The translations under genes were made by a program, and so were the position numbers. DNA of 64,000 nt. Origin: Longimicrobiales bacterium. Its GTDB lineage: Bacteria; Gemmatimonadota; Gemmatimonadetes; Longimicrobiales; Gaopeijiaceae. The notes under the pieces are model-generated. The model searched no databases. It had not been told where the DNA came from and saw only the letters and a program-made list of their open reading frames with translations. The stretch is taken from contig CAXXKM010000003.1 in assembly GCA_963664435.2 (NCBI GenBank), forward strand, positions 768,001-832,000. The letters are read 5' to 3'. Below, one piece after another: positions 20,371 through 28,899 of this stretch (positions are counted from its first letter, which is position 1; each line of letters starts with the position of its first letter).

Positions 20371-21546
20371 ATGACCCAGAAGCCACGCACGGCGCGCCGG
20401 ACGCGCCTCTTCACCGAGTCCGTCATCCGCGAGATGACGCGCGTCGCGCAGGAGTGCGGAGCGCTCAATCTGGCGCAGGGCTTCCCGGACTTTCCGGCGC
20501 CGCAGGTCATCAAGGACGCGGCCTGCCAGGCCATCCAGGAGGACATCAACCAGTACGCGATCACCTGGGGATCGCCGCGCTACCGCGACGCCCTGGTGCG
20601 CAAGTACCGCGAGTGGTACGGGATGGAGGTGAACGGCGAGCGCGAGATCACGGTCACCTGCGGGGCCACCGAGGCGATGGCGTCCATCATGCTCGCGGTC
20701 ATCAACCCGGGCGACGAGGTGATCGTGCTGGAGCCGTTCTACGAGAACTACGGCCCGGACGCCATCCTGTGCGAGGCTACGCCGGTCTTCCATCGCCTGG
20801 AGCCGCCGGAGTTCCGCCTGGACGCGGCCCGGCTCGAGGCGGACGTCACCCCGCGCACCCGCGCCATCATCCTGAACACGCCCAACAACCCGACCGGACG
20901 CGTCTTCGACCGCGAGGAGCTGGAGGGGGTCGCGGACATCTGCCGGCAGCACGATATCCTGGCGTTCACGGACGAAATCTACGAGCACATCTACTACGAG
21001 GGCGAGCACATCCCGCTGGCCACGCTCCCGGACATGCGCGAGCGCACCGTCACCGTCTCCGGCGCCTCCAAGACCTACAGCGTGACCGGCTGGCGGCTGG
21101 GCACCATCGTGGCCCCGGCCGACCTGACCGACGAGATCCGCAAGGTGCACGACTTCCTGACCGTGGGCGCGCCCGCTCCGCTGCAGGAGGGGGTCGCGGC
21201 GGCGATGAACGCGCTCGGACCCGGGTTCTACGAGGAGCTGAAGCAGAGCTACCTGGCGAAGCGGGAAGTCCTGTACCAGGGGCTGCGCGAGGGCGGATTC
21301 CGGTGCTCGGCCCCGGAGGGCGCCTACTACATCATGGCCGACTTCTCGGACCTCTCCGACCAGGACGACGACACCTTCTCGCGCTCGCTGGCGCGCGCCG
21401 CGGGGGTAATTCCGGTGCCGGGATCGAGCTTCTTCAACGTGCAGGCCGGGGACAGCACCTATGTGCGCTTCGTCTTCTGCAAGAAGATCGACAGCCTCGA
21501 GACGGCGAGCGAGCGGCTGCGGGCGTACGCGCGGGCGGGAGCGTAA
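20371..21546 (+). CDS. PLP-dependent aminotransferase class I/II (YbdL/kynurenine aminotransferase-like)
   Basis: NLAQGFPDF, TCGATEA, NTPNNPTG, DEIYEH, SKTYSVTGWRLG and VRFVFCK. Confidence 0.92.
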   Translation: MTQKPRTARRTRLFTESVIREMTRVAQECGALNLAQGFPDFPAPQVIKDAACQAIQEDINQYAITWGSPRYRDALVRKYREWYGMEVNGEREITVTCGATEAMASIMLAVINPGDEVIVLEPFYENYGPDAILCEATPVFHRLEPPEFRLDAARLEADVTPRTRAIILNTPNNPTGRVFDREELEGVADICRQHDILAFTDEIYEHIYYEGEHIPLATLPDMRERTVTVSGASKTYSVTGWRLGTIVAPADLTDEIRKVHDFLTVGAPAPLQEGVAAAMNALGPGFYEELKQSYLAKREVLYQGLREGGFRCSAPEGAYYIMADFSDLSDQDDDTFSRSLARAAGVIPVPGSSFFNVQAGDSTYVRFVFCKKIDSLETASERLRAYARAGA

Positions 21547-21582
21547 GGGAGCGCGGAGAGCCGCCGGATTGAGGCGCGCCTC

Positions 21583-24138
21583 CTACTCCACCACCGCACG
21601 CAGGGTCTCCAGCGGCGTGCGGCGGAGAACGCCCCGGCTGTTGGCGAACCCGGTAACCACGGTCAGCGCCACCACCACCAGCCAGACGCCGGCGACGCGC
21701 CCGACGGGCAGGTGGAAGTCCATCTCGAAGAGGAACTCGACCAGAGCCCACGCGGAACACACCCCCAGCAGCGCACCCGTCAGCCCGGCGAGCACCCCCA
21801 GGCTGGTGTATTCCGCGAGCAGGACCTGGCGCACGAGCGAGCGCCGCGCGCCCAGCGTCTTCAGGAGCGCGCTCTCGCGCATTCGCTGATAGCGCGAGGT
21901 GGAGAGGGATCCCACCAGTACGACCACGCCGGCGAGGGCGATGAAGAGGGCAAGGAAGCGGATGGCCCCGCCCACGCGGCCGAGGATGGTGTCGAGGGCC
22001 TCCTGGATGAGCGCCAGGTCGAGCACCGAGACGTTGGGGAGGCTGAGCACCAGGTTGCGCTGCATGCGGGCGCGGGCCTGGGGGTCGACGATGCGCGCCA
22101 GGCCAAGGTAGCTGCGCGGGGCCTGGTCGAAGACGCCGGGTTCGGCCACCACCAGGAAGTTGATGTCGAAGCGCTCCCAGTCGACGCGACGGAGGTTGTG
22201 CACCGTGGTGGTGACGGGGACGCCCTGGACGTCCCACGTGATCCGGTCGCCGATGCCGACCCTGAGGTCGTCGGCCAGGTCGGCGTCGAGGGAGACGCCG
22301 TCGGGCGGGTCGCCGCCGTTGTCGCGGTCGCCGGCCCCCCCCCACCAGCGGCCGGCCACCAGCTCCTCCGAGTCGGAGAGCTCGGCGCGCGAGGTGTTGC
22401 GGTAGAGGCGCCGCACGGCCCAGCGCGCCGGGCCGCCGTCCCTGCGGTCGCGCAGGATCTCCGCGGCCGGGCGGCCGTTCAGGCTGGAGATGCGGGCCGG
22501 CACCACGGGGGTAAGGTCGACCGGGCCGCCTCCGGCCTCCGCCACCAAATCGGTCACTCCGTCCCGCTGGTCGGGCTGGACATCGAAGAAGAGCAGGTTG
22601 GGCTGGTCCTGCCCGCCGTCCACCGAGAGCGCGCGGCCCAGGCTGGCCTGCACCGCGAGCACGGTGGTGATCAGGAAGGCGCCCAGCCCGAGCGCGAGCA
22701 TTACGGCCGCGGTCTGGTTCTGGGGCCGGAAGAGGTTGGCGACCCCCTGGCGGACGGCGTACGACGCGCGCGCCGGGAAGTAGCGCCGGGTGAGGCGGGT
22801 CAGCGCGACCGCGGTGCCGTAGAGCAGCAGCAGGGCGGCGCTCAGCCCGCCGGCGAAGGCGAGGCCGTGCTCGGGCTCGGGGGCCTGCCAGAGGCTGAGC
22901 AGCAGCATCCCTCCGACCAGAGCGCCGAACGCGAACACGCGGTCCAGCCGCGACCTCGCCGTGGCCTCCGGCTCGAAGTCGGCGCGCAGGGCCTGTAGCG
23001 GCGCGATGCCGCGGATGCGGAGGAGCGGGAGGAGCGCGAACAGCGCGGCCGCGGCCATCCCCGTCGCCAGCCCCGCGACCACCGCCGCCCGATCCACCCG
23101 CGCCTCGACGGTCACGGGCAGCACGTCCGTGATCAGCAGGGGCAGGAGGCGCTGCAGCCCGATGCCCCCCGCCACCCCCGCGACCGAGCCGACCAGCCCG
23201 AGCGCCACCGCCTGCAGGAGGTAGGCGTTGAAGACGCTCCGCTCGCGCGCGCCGATGCAGCGCAGCACCGCGACCGCCGTGGTCTTCTCCTTCACGTACA
23301 CGTGGATCGCGCTGGCGGCGCCGATGCCCCCGAGCAGCAGCGCGGTCAGCCCCACGACCCGCAGGAACCAGGCGAGCACGCGCGTGCCCCGGGTGAGCCT
23401 CCGGGCCTGATCCTGGGCGGTCACCGACGTCACGGCCTGGTTGCGGAAGAAGCGCCAGTGGCGGTCCTCCACGTCCTCCGGGTCCTCCCCCGCGGGCATA
23501 CGCAGGTAGATGTGGTGGCGGGCGACGCTGCCGAACTCGAGCAGCCCGCTGGCGGCGAGCTCGCTACGGGCGACGAACACGCGCGGCCCGATGGCGCTCT
23601 GGAAGCCGATGTCGGTCGGCAGACCGCGCACGGTGCCCAGGATGACGAAGGAAGAGGTGCCCACCTGCAGCGTGTCGCCCGCGCCCACACCCAGCTGGAT
23701 GGGGATCGCCTCGTCCACGATCGCGATCCCGGGCTCTCCCAGGCGGGACCAGATGCCCGGGGGCGTCGTCTCTACCCGCCCGTAGAGCGGGAAGCCCCCC
23801 TCCACGCCCCGCACCTGGGTCAGCCGGGTGGCCCCGTTCCCCGGCGCGTACACCATGGACACCAGCCCGGTCACCCGCGAGAGACGCCCCCCCTCGGTCA
23901 CCACCGAGTCGGCAATGGAGCCCACGCTGTCGGAGATGGGCGCGTTGGAGGTGAGGCGCAGGTCGGCGCCCAGCAGAAGCTGCGACTCCTCACGTATGGA
24001 GCGGATCACGTCGGCGCTGAAGGAGTGCACGGCCACCAGCGCGGCGACCCCGAGCGCCACCGAGGCGGCGTAGGCTCCGATGCGGCGCATGCCCGCCCGG
24101 CCCTCCCTCCAGGCGAGGCTCAGCGAGAAGGGGATCAC
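21583..24138 (-). CDS. ybbP: ABC transporter permease, YbbP/FtsX-like
   Basis: LAWRE, LLGADL, FPLYG, two FtsX halves (LRCIGA; LKTLGA) and FFDVQPDQ; ybbA-tesA context. Confidence 0.85.
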   Translation of the reverse strand: MIPFSLSLAWREGRAGMRRIGAYAASVALGVAALVAVHSFSADVIRSIREESQLLLGADLRLTSNAPISDSVGSIADSVVTEGGRLSRVTGLVSMVYAPGNGATRLTQVRGVEGGFPLYGRVETTPPGIWSRLGEPGIAIVDEAIPIQLGVGAGDTLQVGTSSFVILGTVRGLPTDIGFQSAIGPRVFVARSELAASGLLEFGSVARHHIYLRMPAGEDPEDVEDRHWRFFRNQAVTSVTAQDQARRLTRGTRVLAWFLRVVGLTALLLGGIGAASAIHVYVKEKTTAVAVLRCIGARERSVFNAYLLQAVALGLVGSVAGVAGGIGLQRLLPLLITDVLPVTVEARVDRAAVVAGLATGMAAAALFALLPLLRIRGIAPLQALRADFEPEATARSRLDRVFAFGALVGGMLLLSLWQAPEPEHGLAFAGGLSAALLLLYGTAVALTRLTRRYFPARASYAVRQGVANLFRPQNQTAAVMLALGLGAFLITTVLAVQASLGRALSVDGGQDQPNLLFFDVQPDQRDGVTDLVAEAGGGPVDLTPVVPARISSLNGRPAAEILRDRRDGGPARWAVRRLYRNTSRAELSDSEELVAGRWWGGAGDRDNGGDPPDGVSLDADLADDLRVGIGDRITWDVQGVPVTTTVHNLRRVDWERFDINFLVVAEPGVFDQAPRSYLGLARIVDPQARARMQRNLVLSLPNVSVLDLALIQEALDTILGRVGGAIRFLALFIALAGVVVLVGSLSTSRYQRMRESALLKTLGARRSLVRQVLLAEYTSLGVLAGLTGALLGVCSAWALVEFLFEMDFHLPVGRVAGVWLVVVALTVVTGFANSRGVLRRTPLETLRAVVE

Positions 24139-24896
24139 TCCGCCCCGCGGCCGGCGGGGGTTTCCGCGACGCCGGCCCCGCCATTACGGCGGTCCGACGC
24201 GATGCGCCCGTCCCTCAGCGTGACGATGCGCCGGGCGCGGGCGGCCAGCTCCAGATCGTGGGTGGCGAGCACGATGGTCGTGCGGCACTCCCGGTTGAGC
24301 TCCTCCATCAGCTCGACCACCACCGCCCCGGCCGCCGAGTCCAGGTTGCCGGTGGGCTCGTCGGCGAAGAGCACCAGCGGCCGGTTGGCGAAGGCGCGGG
24401 CGAGCGCCACCCGCTGCTGTTCACCCCCGGAGAGCTGCGCCGGATAGTGGTGCATGCGCTCCACGAGCCCCACCCGCTCAAGCAGTTCGCGGGCCCGCAC
24501 GCGCGGCCCGACCCGTGACCTCGACCCGCGCCCGCCACCCCCCGACACCTTCGCCCGCGGGGCCAGCTCCAGCGGCACCATGACGTTCTCCAGCGCCGTG
24601 AGCGTGGGCAGGAGGTGGAAGGTCTGGAAGACAAAGCCTACCTTTTCGGCCCGGAACGCGGCCCGCTCGTCGCCGGTAAGCGCCGACAGCCGCTCGCCGC
24701 CCAGGCTCACGGAGCCGGTCGTCGGCGCGTCGAGTCCCGCGAGCAGGCCCAGCAGGGTGGTCTTGCCGCTTCCCGAGGGACCCACGAGGGCGATAAAGTC
24801 CTCTTCGGGGACGCTCAGGTCGATGTCGCGCAAAACGACCAGCGAGCGGCTGCCGCGCCCGTACGCTTTACTCACACCTTCAGCGACGATCATCAT
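24135..24896 (-). CDS. ybbA: ABC transporter ATP-binding protein YbbA/LolD-like
   Basis: GPSGSGKTT, GFVFQTFHLLP, LSGGEQQRV and ADEPTGNLD. Start MMIVAE at 24896 or 24893. Confidence 0.88.
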   Translation of the reverse strand: MMIVAEGVSKAYGRGSRSLVVLRDIDLSVPEEDFIALVGPSGSGKTTLLGLLAGLDAPTTGSVSLGGERLSALTGDERAAFRAEKVGFVFQTFHLLPTLTALENVMVPLELAPRAKVSGGGGRGSRSRVGPRVRARELLERVGLVERMHHYPAQLSGGEQQRVALARAFANRPLVLFADEPTGNLDSAAGAVVVELMEELNRECRTTIVLATHDLELAARARRIVTLRDGRIASDRRNGGAGVAETPAGRGAE

Positions 24897-25656
24897 GTGG
24901 AGACGCCTGGCGGCAATCGGCCTGCTCACGTTCCTGCCCGCGTGCGGGGGAGCAGAAGACCCCGAAGCGTTACGTTCGCCGGATCGGGAAGTTGCGGCAA
25001 CGGACGCCGCCAGGGAGGCAGCCTCGTCCTCCTCGCCGGCTGCGTCGCAATCCCCCGCCTCTACGACAGACATCTCGCCCGGGCGCGGTGTTGTCCTTTT
25101 CCTGGGCACGAGCCTCACCGAAGGCTACGGCCTGGGCAACGCAGAGGAACACGCCTTCCCCGCGAAGGTCCAGGCGCGCATCGACCGGGCCGGACTTCCC
25201 TTCCGTGTCGTAAACGCGGGCGTCGGCGGCGACACCAGCGCGGGAGGTCTGCGGCGCCTCGAGTGGCTGCTGCGCATGCCGGTGCGCGTTCTCGTGATCG
25301 AGCTGGGGGCCAACGACGGCCTGCGGGGACAGGATGTCGATGCCCTGCGCGACAACCTGCTCGCCGTCATCGGCCGCAGCCGGGCCCGATACCCGGAGGT
25401 CGAGATTCTGCTGGCGGGCATGCAGGCGCCTCCCAACCTGGGTGAGCGCTACACCGCGAGCTTCAGCGCCGTCTTCCCCGAAGTGGCCCGCGAAGCGGAC
25501 GTCTCCCTCATCCCCTTCCTCCTCGAAGGCGTGGGGGGCGTCCGCGAGCTCAACCAGGCCGACGGCATCCACCCCTCGGTGGCGGGGCACGAGATCATCG
25601 CCGAAACCGTCTGGGCCGGCCTGGAGCCGGTGCTGAGGCGCATCGATGCCCGCTGA
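24895..25656 (+). CDS. tesA: SGNH/GDSL arylesterase / acyl-CoA thioesterase I, probable lipoprotein
   Basis: GTSLTEGYG, NAGVGGDTSAGG, ELGANDGLRG and DGIHP; lipobox-like LPAC. Confidence 0.88.
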   Translation: MWRRLAAIGLLTFLPACGGAEDPEALRSPDREVAATDAAREAASSSSPAASQSPASTTDISPGRGVVLFLGTSLTEGYGLGNAEEHAFPAKVQARIDRAGLPFRVVNAGVGGDTSAGGLRRLEWLLRMPVRVLVIELGANDGLRGQDVDALRDNLLAVIGRSRARYPEVEILLAGMQAPPNLGERYTASFSAVFPEVAREADVSLIPFLLEGVGGVRELNQADGIHPSVAGHEIIAETVWAGLEPVLRRIDAR

Positions 25657-25689
25657 GCGCGAATCCCCTCCTCGATCCGGGAGCACACC

Positions 25690-26199
25690 ATGGCGGTGAA
25701 GTTCTTCAGTTTCCTCGCGGTAGTCTTCATCTCCCTGCTCCTTATCGGGCTCATTCTCCCCGGCACCTGGGCGGTCGAGCGCTCGCTGGAGATGCCCGCG
25801 GTCCCGGAACAGGTGTTCGCCTACGTCAACGACGTGTCGCTCTGGGATGCGTGGACCGACTGGCCCGAAGCCGCCGGGGAGCGCATCGGCCCCTCCCGCG
25901 GGGTCGGCGCGGGCCGCAGCTGGGATGATCCGGAGTTCGGCGATGGCGTCTTCACCATCGTGGAGAGCGTCGCCGGGGAGCGGGTGCGCTACCGGGTGGA
26001 GGTGGAGGATGGGGCGATGATTACCGAAGGCACCATCGCCCTGGACCGGCTCGAGGACGGCACCCGGGTGACCTGGCGCGAGACCGGCGACTTCGGATGG
26101 AATCCCATCCTGGGATACGTGGCGCGCGCCATGGATCGCCTGCAGGGACGGGAGATGGAACTGGGGCTGGAACGGCTGCGCGAGGCGAGTACGCCCTGA
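25690..26199 (+). CDS. SRPBCC/polyketide cyclase family protein
   Basis: N-terminal TM, VERS..A.PEQVF..V.D...W..W, GTRVTW and GLERL. Confidence 0.8.
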   Translation: MAVKFFSFLAVVFISLLLIGLILPGTWAVERSLEMPAVPEQVFAYVNDVSLWDAWTDWPEAAGERIGPSRGVGAGRSWDDPEFGDGVFTIVESVAGERVRYRVEVEDGAMITEGTIALDRLEDGTRVTWRETGDFGWNPILGYVARAMDRLQGREMELGLERLREASTP

Positions 26200-26220
26200 C
26201 CGCGGGTTTCCGGGCCCGGA

Positions 26221-27363
26221 CTAGTTGAGGTGGCGCGCCATCTCCAGCAACTCGTCGTTGCTCCGGGTCCGTCCCATCAGCCCGAGCAGCTCGGTCATCG
26301 CTTCCGCCGGAGGCTTGTGCGACAGCTGGCGGCGGAAGGCCCGCGAGAGGGTGAGCGCCTCGGGCGAGAGCAGGAGCTCCTCGCGCCGGGTGGCCGAGGC
26401 CACGAGGTCGATGGCCGGGAAGACGCGCCGGTCGGCCAACTCGCGGGAAAGCAGCAGTTCGCTGTTGCCCGTGCCCTTGAACTCCTCGAAGATGACCTGA
26501 TCCATGCGTGATCCGGTGTCCACAAGCGCGGTCGCGACGATGGTCAGCGACCCTCCGCCCTGCGCGTCGCCGATGTTGCGCGCGCTGCCCAGGAACCGCT
26601 TCGGCTTCTCCATGACGCTGGCGTCCAGGCCGCCCGAGAGCGTGCGCCCGCTCCCCTCCTCAACGTTGTTGTGGGCGCGGGCGAGGCGCGTGATGGAGTC
26701 GAGGATCACCACCACGTCCTGACCCATCTCGACCCGCCGGCGCGCGCGCTCCATGGTGATCTCGGCAACGGCCACGTGGCGGTCGGGCGGATAGTCGAAG
26801 CTCGATGCGATGACCTCGCCGTACCCGCACATCTCCATCTCGGTGATCTCTTCCGGCCGCTCGTCGACCAGCAGGATGAAGAGATGGCAGCCCGGATGGT
26901 TGGTGACCACGCCCTGCGCCACGCGCTGGAGGATGGTCGTCTTCCCCGCCTTCGCCGGAGCCACGATCATCGCCCGCTGTCCCTTGCCGAAGGGGCAGAA
27001 GAGGTCGATGACGCGATTGGTGAAGTCGGGCTGTCCGAGGTGCGTGATGTCGCACTCGAGCTTGAGCTGGTTCCTGGGGTGGAGCGCGCTCAGGCGCATG
27101 AACTCGGGGCGGTCGCGCAGGGAGTCGGGCGGCTCGCCGTTGACCGTGACGACCCGCGTGAGCGGGGGCGCCTTGCCGTTGCGGGGCCGGTTGCCGACAT
27201 CGCCGGCGATCTCGTCTCCGGTGCGCAGTCCGAAGCGCCGGATGACCTTGGGCCCGACGTACACGTCCTGCTTGGAAGCGGTGTAGCCGAACTTGCGCAG
27301 ACGGATGAATCCGGATCCGCTGCCGAGGACCTGAAGAATACCTAGGGGTTGCCTGTCCGACAC
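26221..27363 (-). CDS. rho: Transcription termination factor Rho (short, divergent form)
   Basis: GKGQRAMIVAPAKAGKT, DERPEE, LDSITRLARA, SGGLD, TALVDTGSRMD and EEFKGTGN. Probable GTG start at 27363. Confidence 0.9.
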   Translation of the reverse strand: MSDRQPLGILQVLGSGSGFIRLRKFGYTASKQDVYVGPKVIRRFGLRTGDEIAGDVGNRPRNGKAPPLTRVVTVNGEPPDSLRDRPEFMRLSALHPRNQLKLECDITHLGQPDFTNRVIDLFCPFGKGQRAMIVAPAKAGKTTILQRVAQGVVTNHPGCHLFILLVDERPEEITEMEMCGYGEVIASSFDYPPDRHVAVAEITMERARRRVEMGQDVVVILDSITRLARAHNNVEEGSGRTLSGGLDASVMEKPKRFLGSARNIGDAQGGGSLTIVATALVDTGSRMDQVIFEEFKGTGNSELLLSRELADRRVFPAIDLVASATRREELLLSPEALTLSRAFRRQLSHKPPAEAMTELLGLMGRTRSNDELLEMARHLN

Positions 27364-27557
27364 GATACAGGTAGGGGGTTGCCGGTGCGACGGGCTCTCG
27401 CGGCCCCTGAAGCGCGACCGCGAAACGGAGATACTTCGATACTGCTCCCCTACAGATTGGACAAGGTGCCGCGCGCGCACAAGTGCAACCGGCGCCGGAA
27501 CGCTTCCGCGCCCGGCGCCGGTTCCCCGCCCCGCCACCCTTCCACCCCCGCAACAGA

Positions 27558-28679
27558 CTACAGGCTCATGCCCCTCCACGGCCGGCGGCCGCGGTCCGAC
27601 GTGCGCCAGAAAACCCCGCGCCCGGGCGCTGCGCGCCTGACGGACATCCTCCGCCCCACCGGGCCCGCGGGCGCCCCGCGCACGCCTCCGCCGCGCCGCA
27701 GGCGCGCCTGGTCCTCGACCGCTCCGCTGACCTGGATCTCGCCGCCGTCGCGCATGATCGTGAGCGTCATGGCCTCGCCCTCCTCGTAGGAGCGCAGGAT
27801 GCGGCGCACGTCGCCCGCCGAGTCAATGGTGCGGCCATCGATGGCGAGGACCACGTCGCCGGCCTCGAGCCCGAGGGGGTTGTCCTCGTCGGCTTCCGTG
27901 ACCAGCGCGCCGCTCTCGGCGTTGAAGTAACGGCCCAGCCCGGCGTTCAGCGTCACCAGGCTGATGCCGTGCGACGCCCGCAGCCCCATCACCGCGATCG
28001 CCGAGCCTCCCTCCGGGAACCAGGCGTAGTCGTCCCACTGCTCGCGCATCTGCTCCGCAACCTCGCGCGCCCGCTCGCCGGCCTCCTGGCTGCGCACCCG
28101 CACTTCCTCCATGCGGGCCCGGGCCTGGTCCATCACTTCCTCCATGCGATCGGCGTCGAACCCCGACATCACCCATCCCCCGGAACTGCGGACCTCGACC
28201 GTGGCCGTCGCGGCTTCACCGTCGCGCAGATACTCGACGGTAACCTCCTCGCCCGGCTCGAGTTCACGCGCCAGCAGCATCAGCCGCTGACCGGGCAGGG
28301 AACGGTCAGGGTCGACCCGCTCCTCCAGATCGGAATCGGCGAGCGGCTCGAGCAGGTTCTGGCCGTTGAGGGAAGTAATGACGTCACCCTCCTGGATGCC
28401 TGCCTCATCGGCCGGGCCGCTGTCGGTAACCCCCTGCACCTCCACGCCCTGCGCGTCCTCGTCGGGCGGGGACACGCTGAGTCGGATTCCGAGCATCGCG
28501 CGCGGGGTCATGATCCCGCGAACTCGAAAGGCACGGTCTCCCCGGTCCCGGTCCCGGTTGCGCTCCTGCGCCTCCAGCACCGCCGGCGCCGTCAGGGCGA
28601 TCAGCAGTCCCGCCATCCAGAATGCCGCGCCGATCCGTTTCGTTCGCCCGCTTCCCGTCTTCCGCTTCTTCCTCAACAT
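27558..28679 (-). CDS. Secreted protein with two PDZ domains
   Basis: Signal peptide; MLGI..GVEV..V..SGPADEAGIQEGDVITSLNG; GLEAGDVVLAIDGR..IMRDG. No protease domain seen. Confidence 0.82.
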   Translation of the reverse strand: MLRKKRKTGSGRTKRIGAAFWMAGLLIALTAPAVLEAQERNRDRDRGDRAFRVRGIMTPRAMLGIRLSVSPPDEDAQGVEVQGVTDSGPADEAGIQEGDVITSLNGQNLLEPLADSDLEERVDPDRSLPGQRLMLLARELEPGEEVTVEYLRDGEAATATVEVRSSGGWVMSGFDADRMEEVMDQARARMEEVRVRSQEAGERAREVAEQMREQWDDYAWFPEGGSAIAVMGLRASHGISLVTLNAGLGRYFNAESGALVTEADEDNPLGLEAGDVVLAIDGRTIDSAGDVRRILRSYEEGEAMTLTIMRDGGEIQVSGAVEDQARLRRGGGVRGAPAGPVGRRMSVRRAAPGRGVFWRTSDRGRRPWRGMSL

Positions 28680-28857
28680 GCGATCCTCCTCGTTTGCCCC
28701 GTATCGTCGTCGTCCTCGATGGGAGCGCGGTGGCCGGAAACCTCGACCGGCCGCTCGCCCGCGCCATCAGACCATCAGACGCGAAGGCGGGCGGGAGGGT
28801 TGCAAGCGGCGGGGGTGCCGGGGTGATGCTTCCGGCCGGACCGCGGGCTCCGGCAGC

Positions 28858-28899
28858 CCGACTGCTATTGCGGGAGCGCCGACTGTTATTGCGGGAGCG
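28858..28899. repeat. 21-bp tandem duplication of the last codons and stop of the PQQ dehydrogenase gene
   Basis: ccgactgctattgcgggagcg / ccgactgttattgcgggagcg. Confidence 0.85.
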
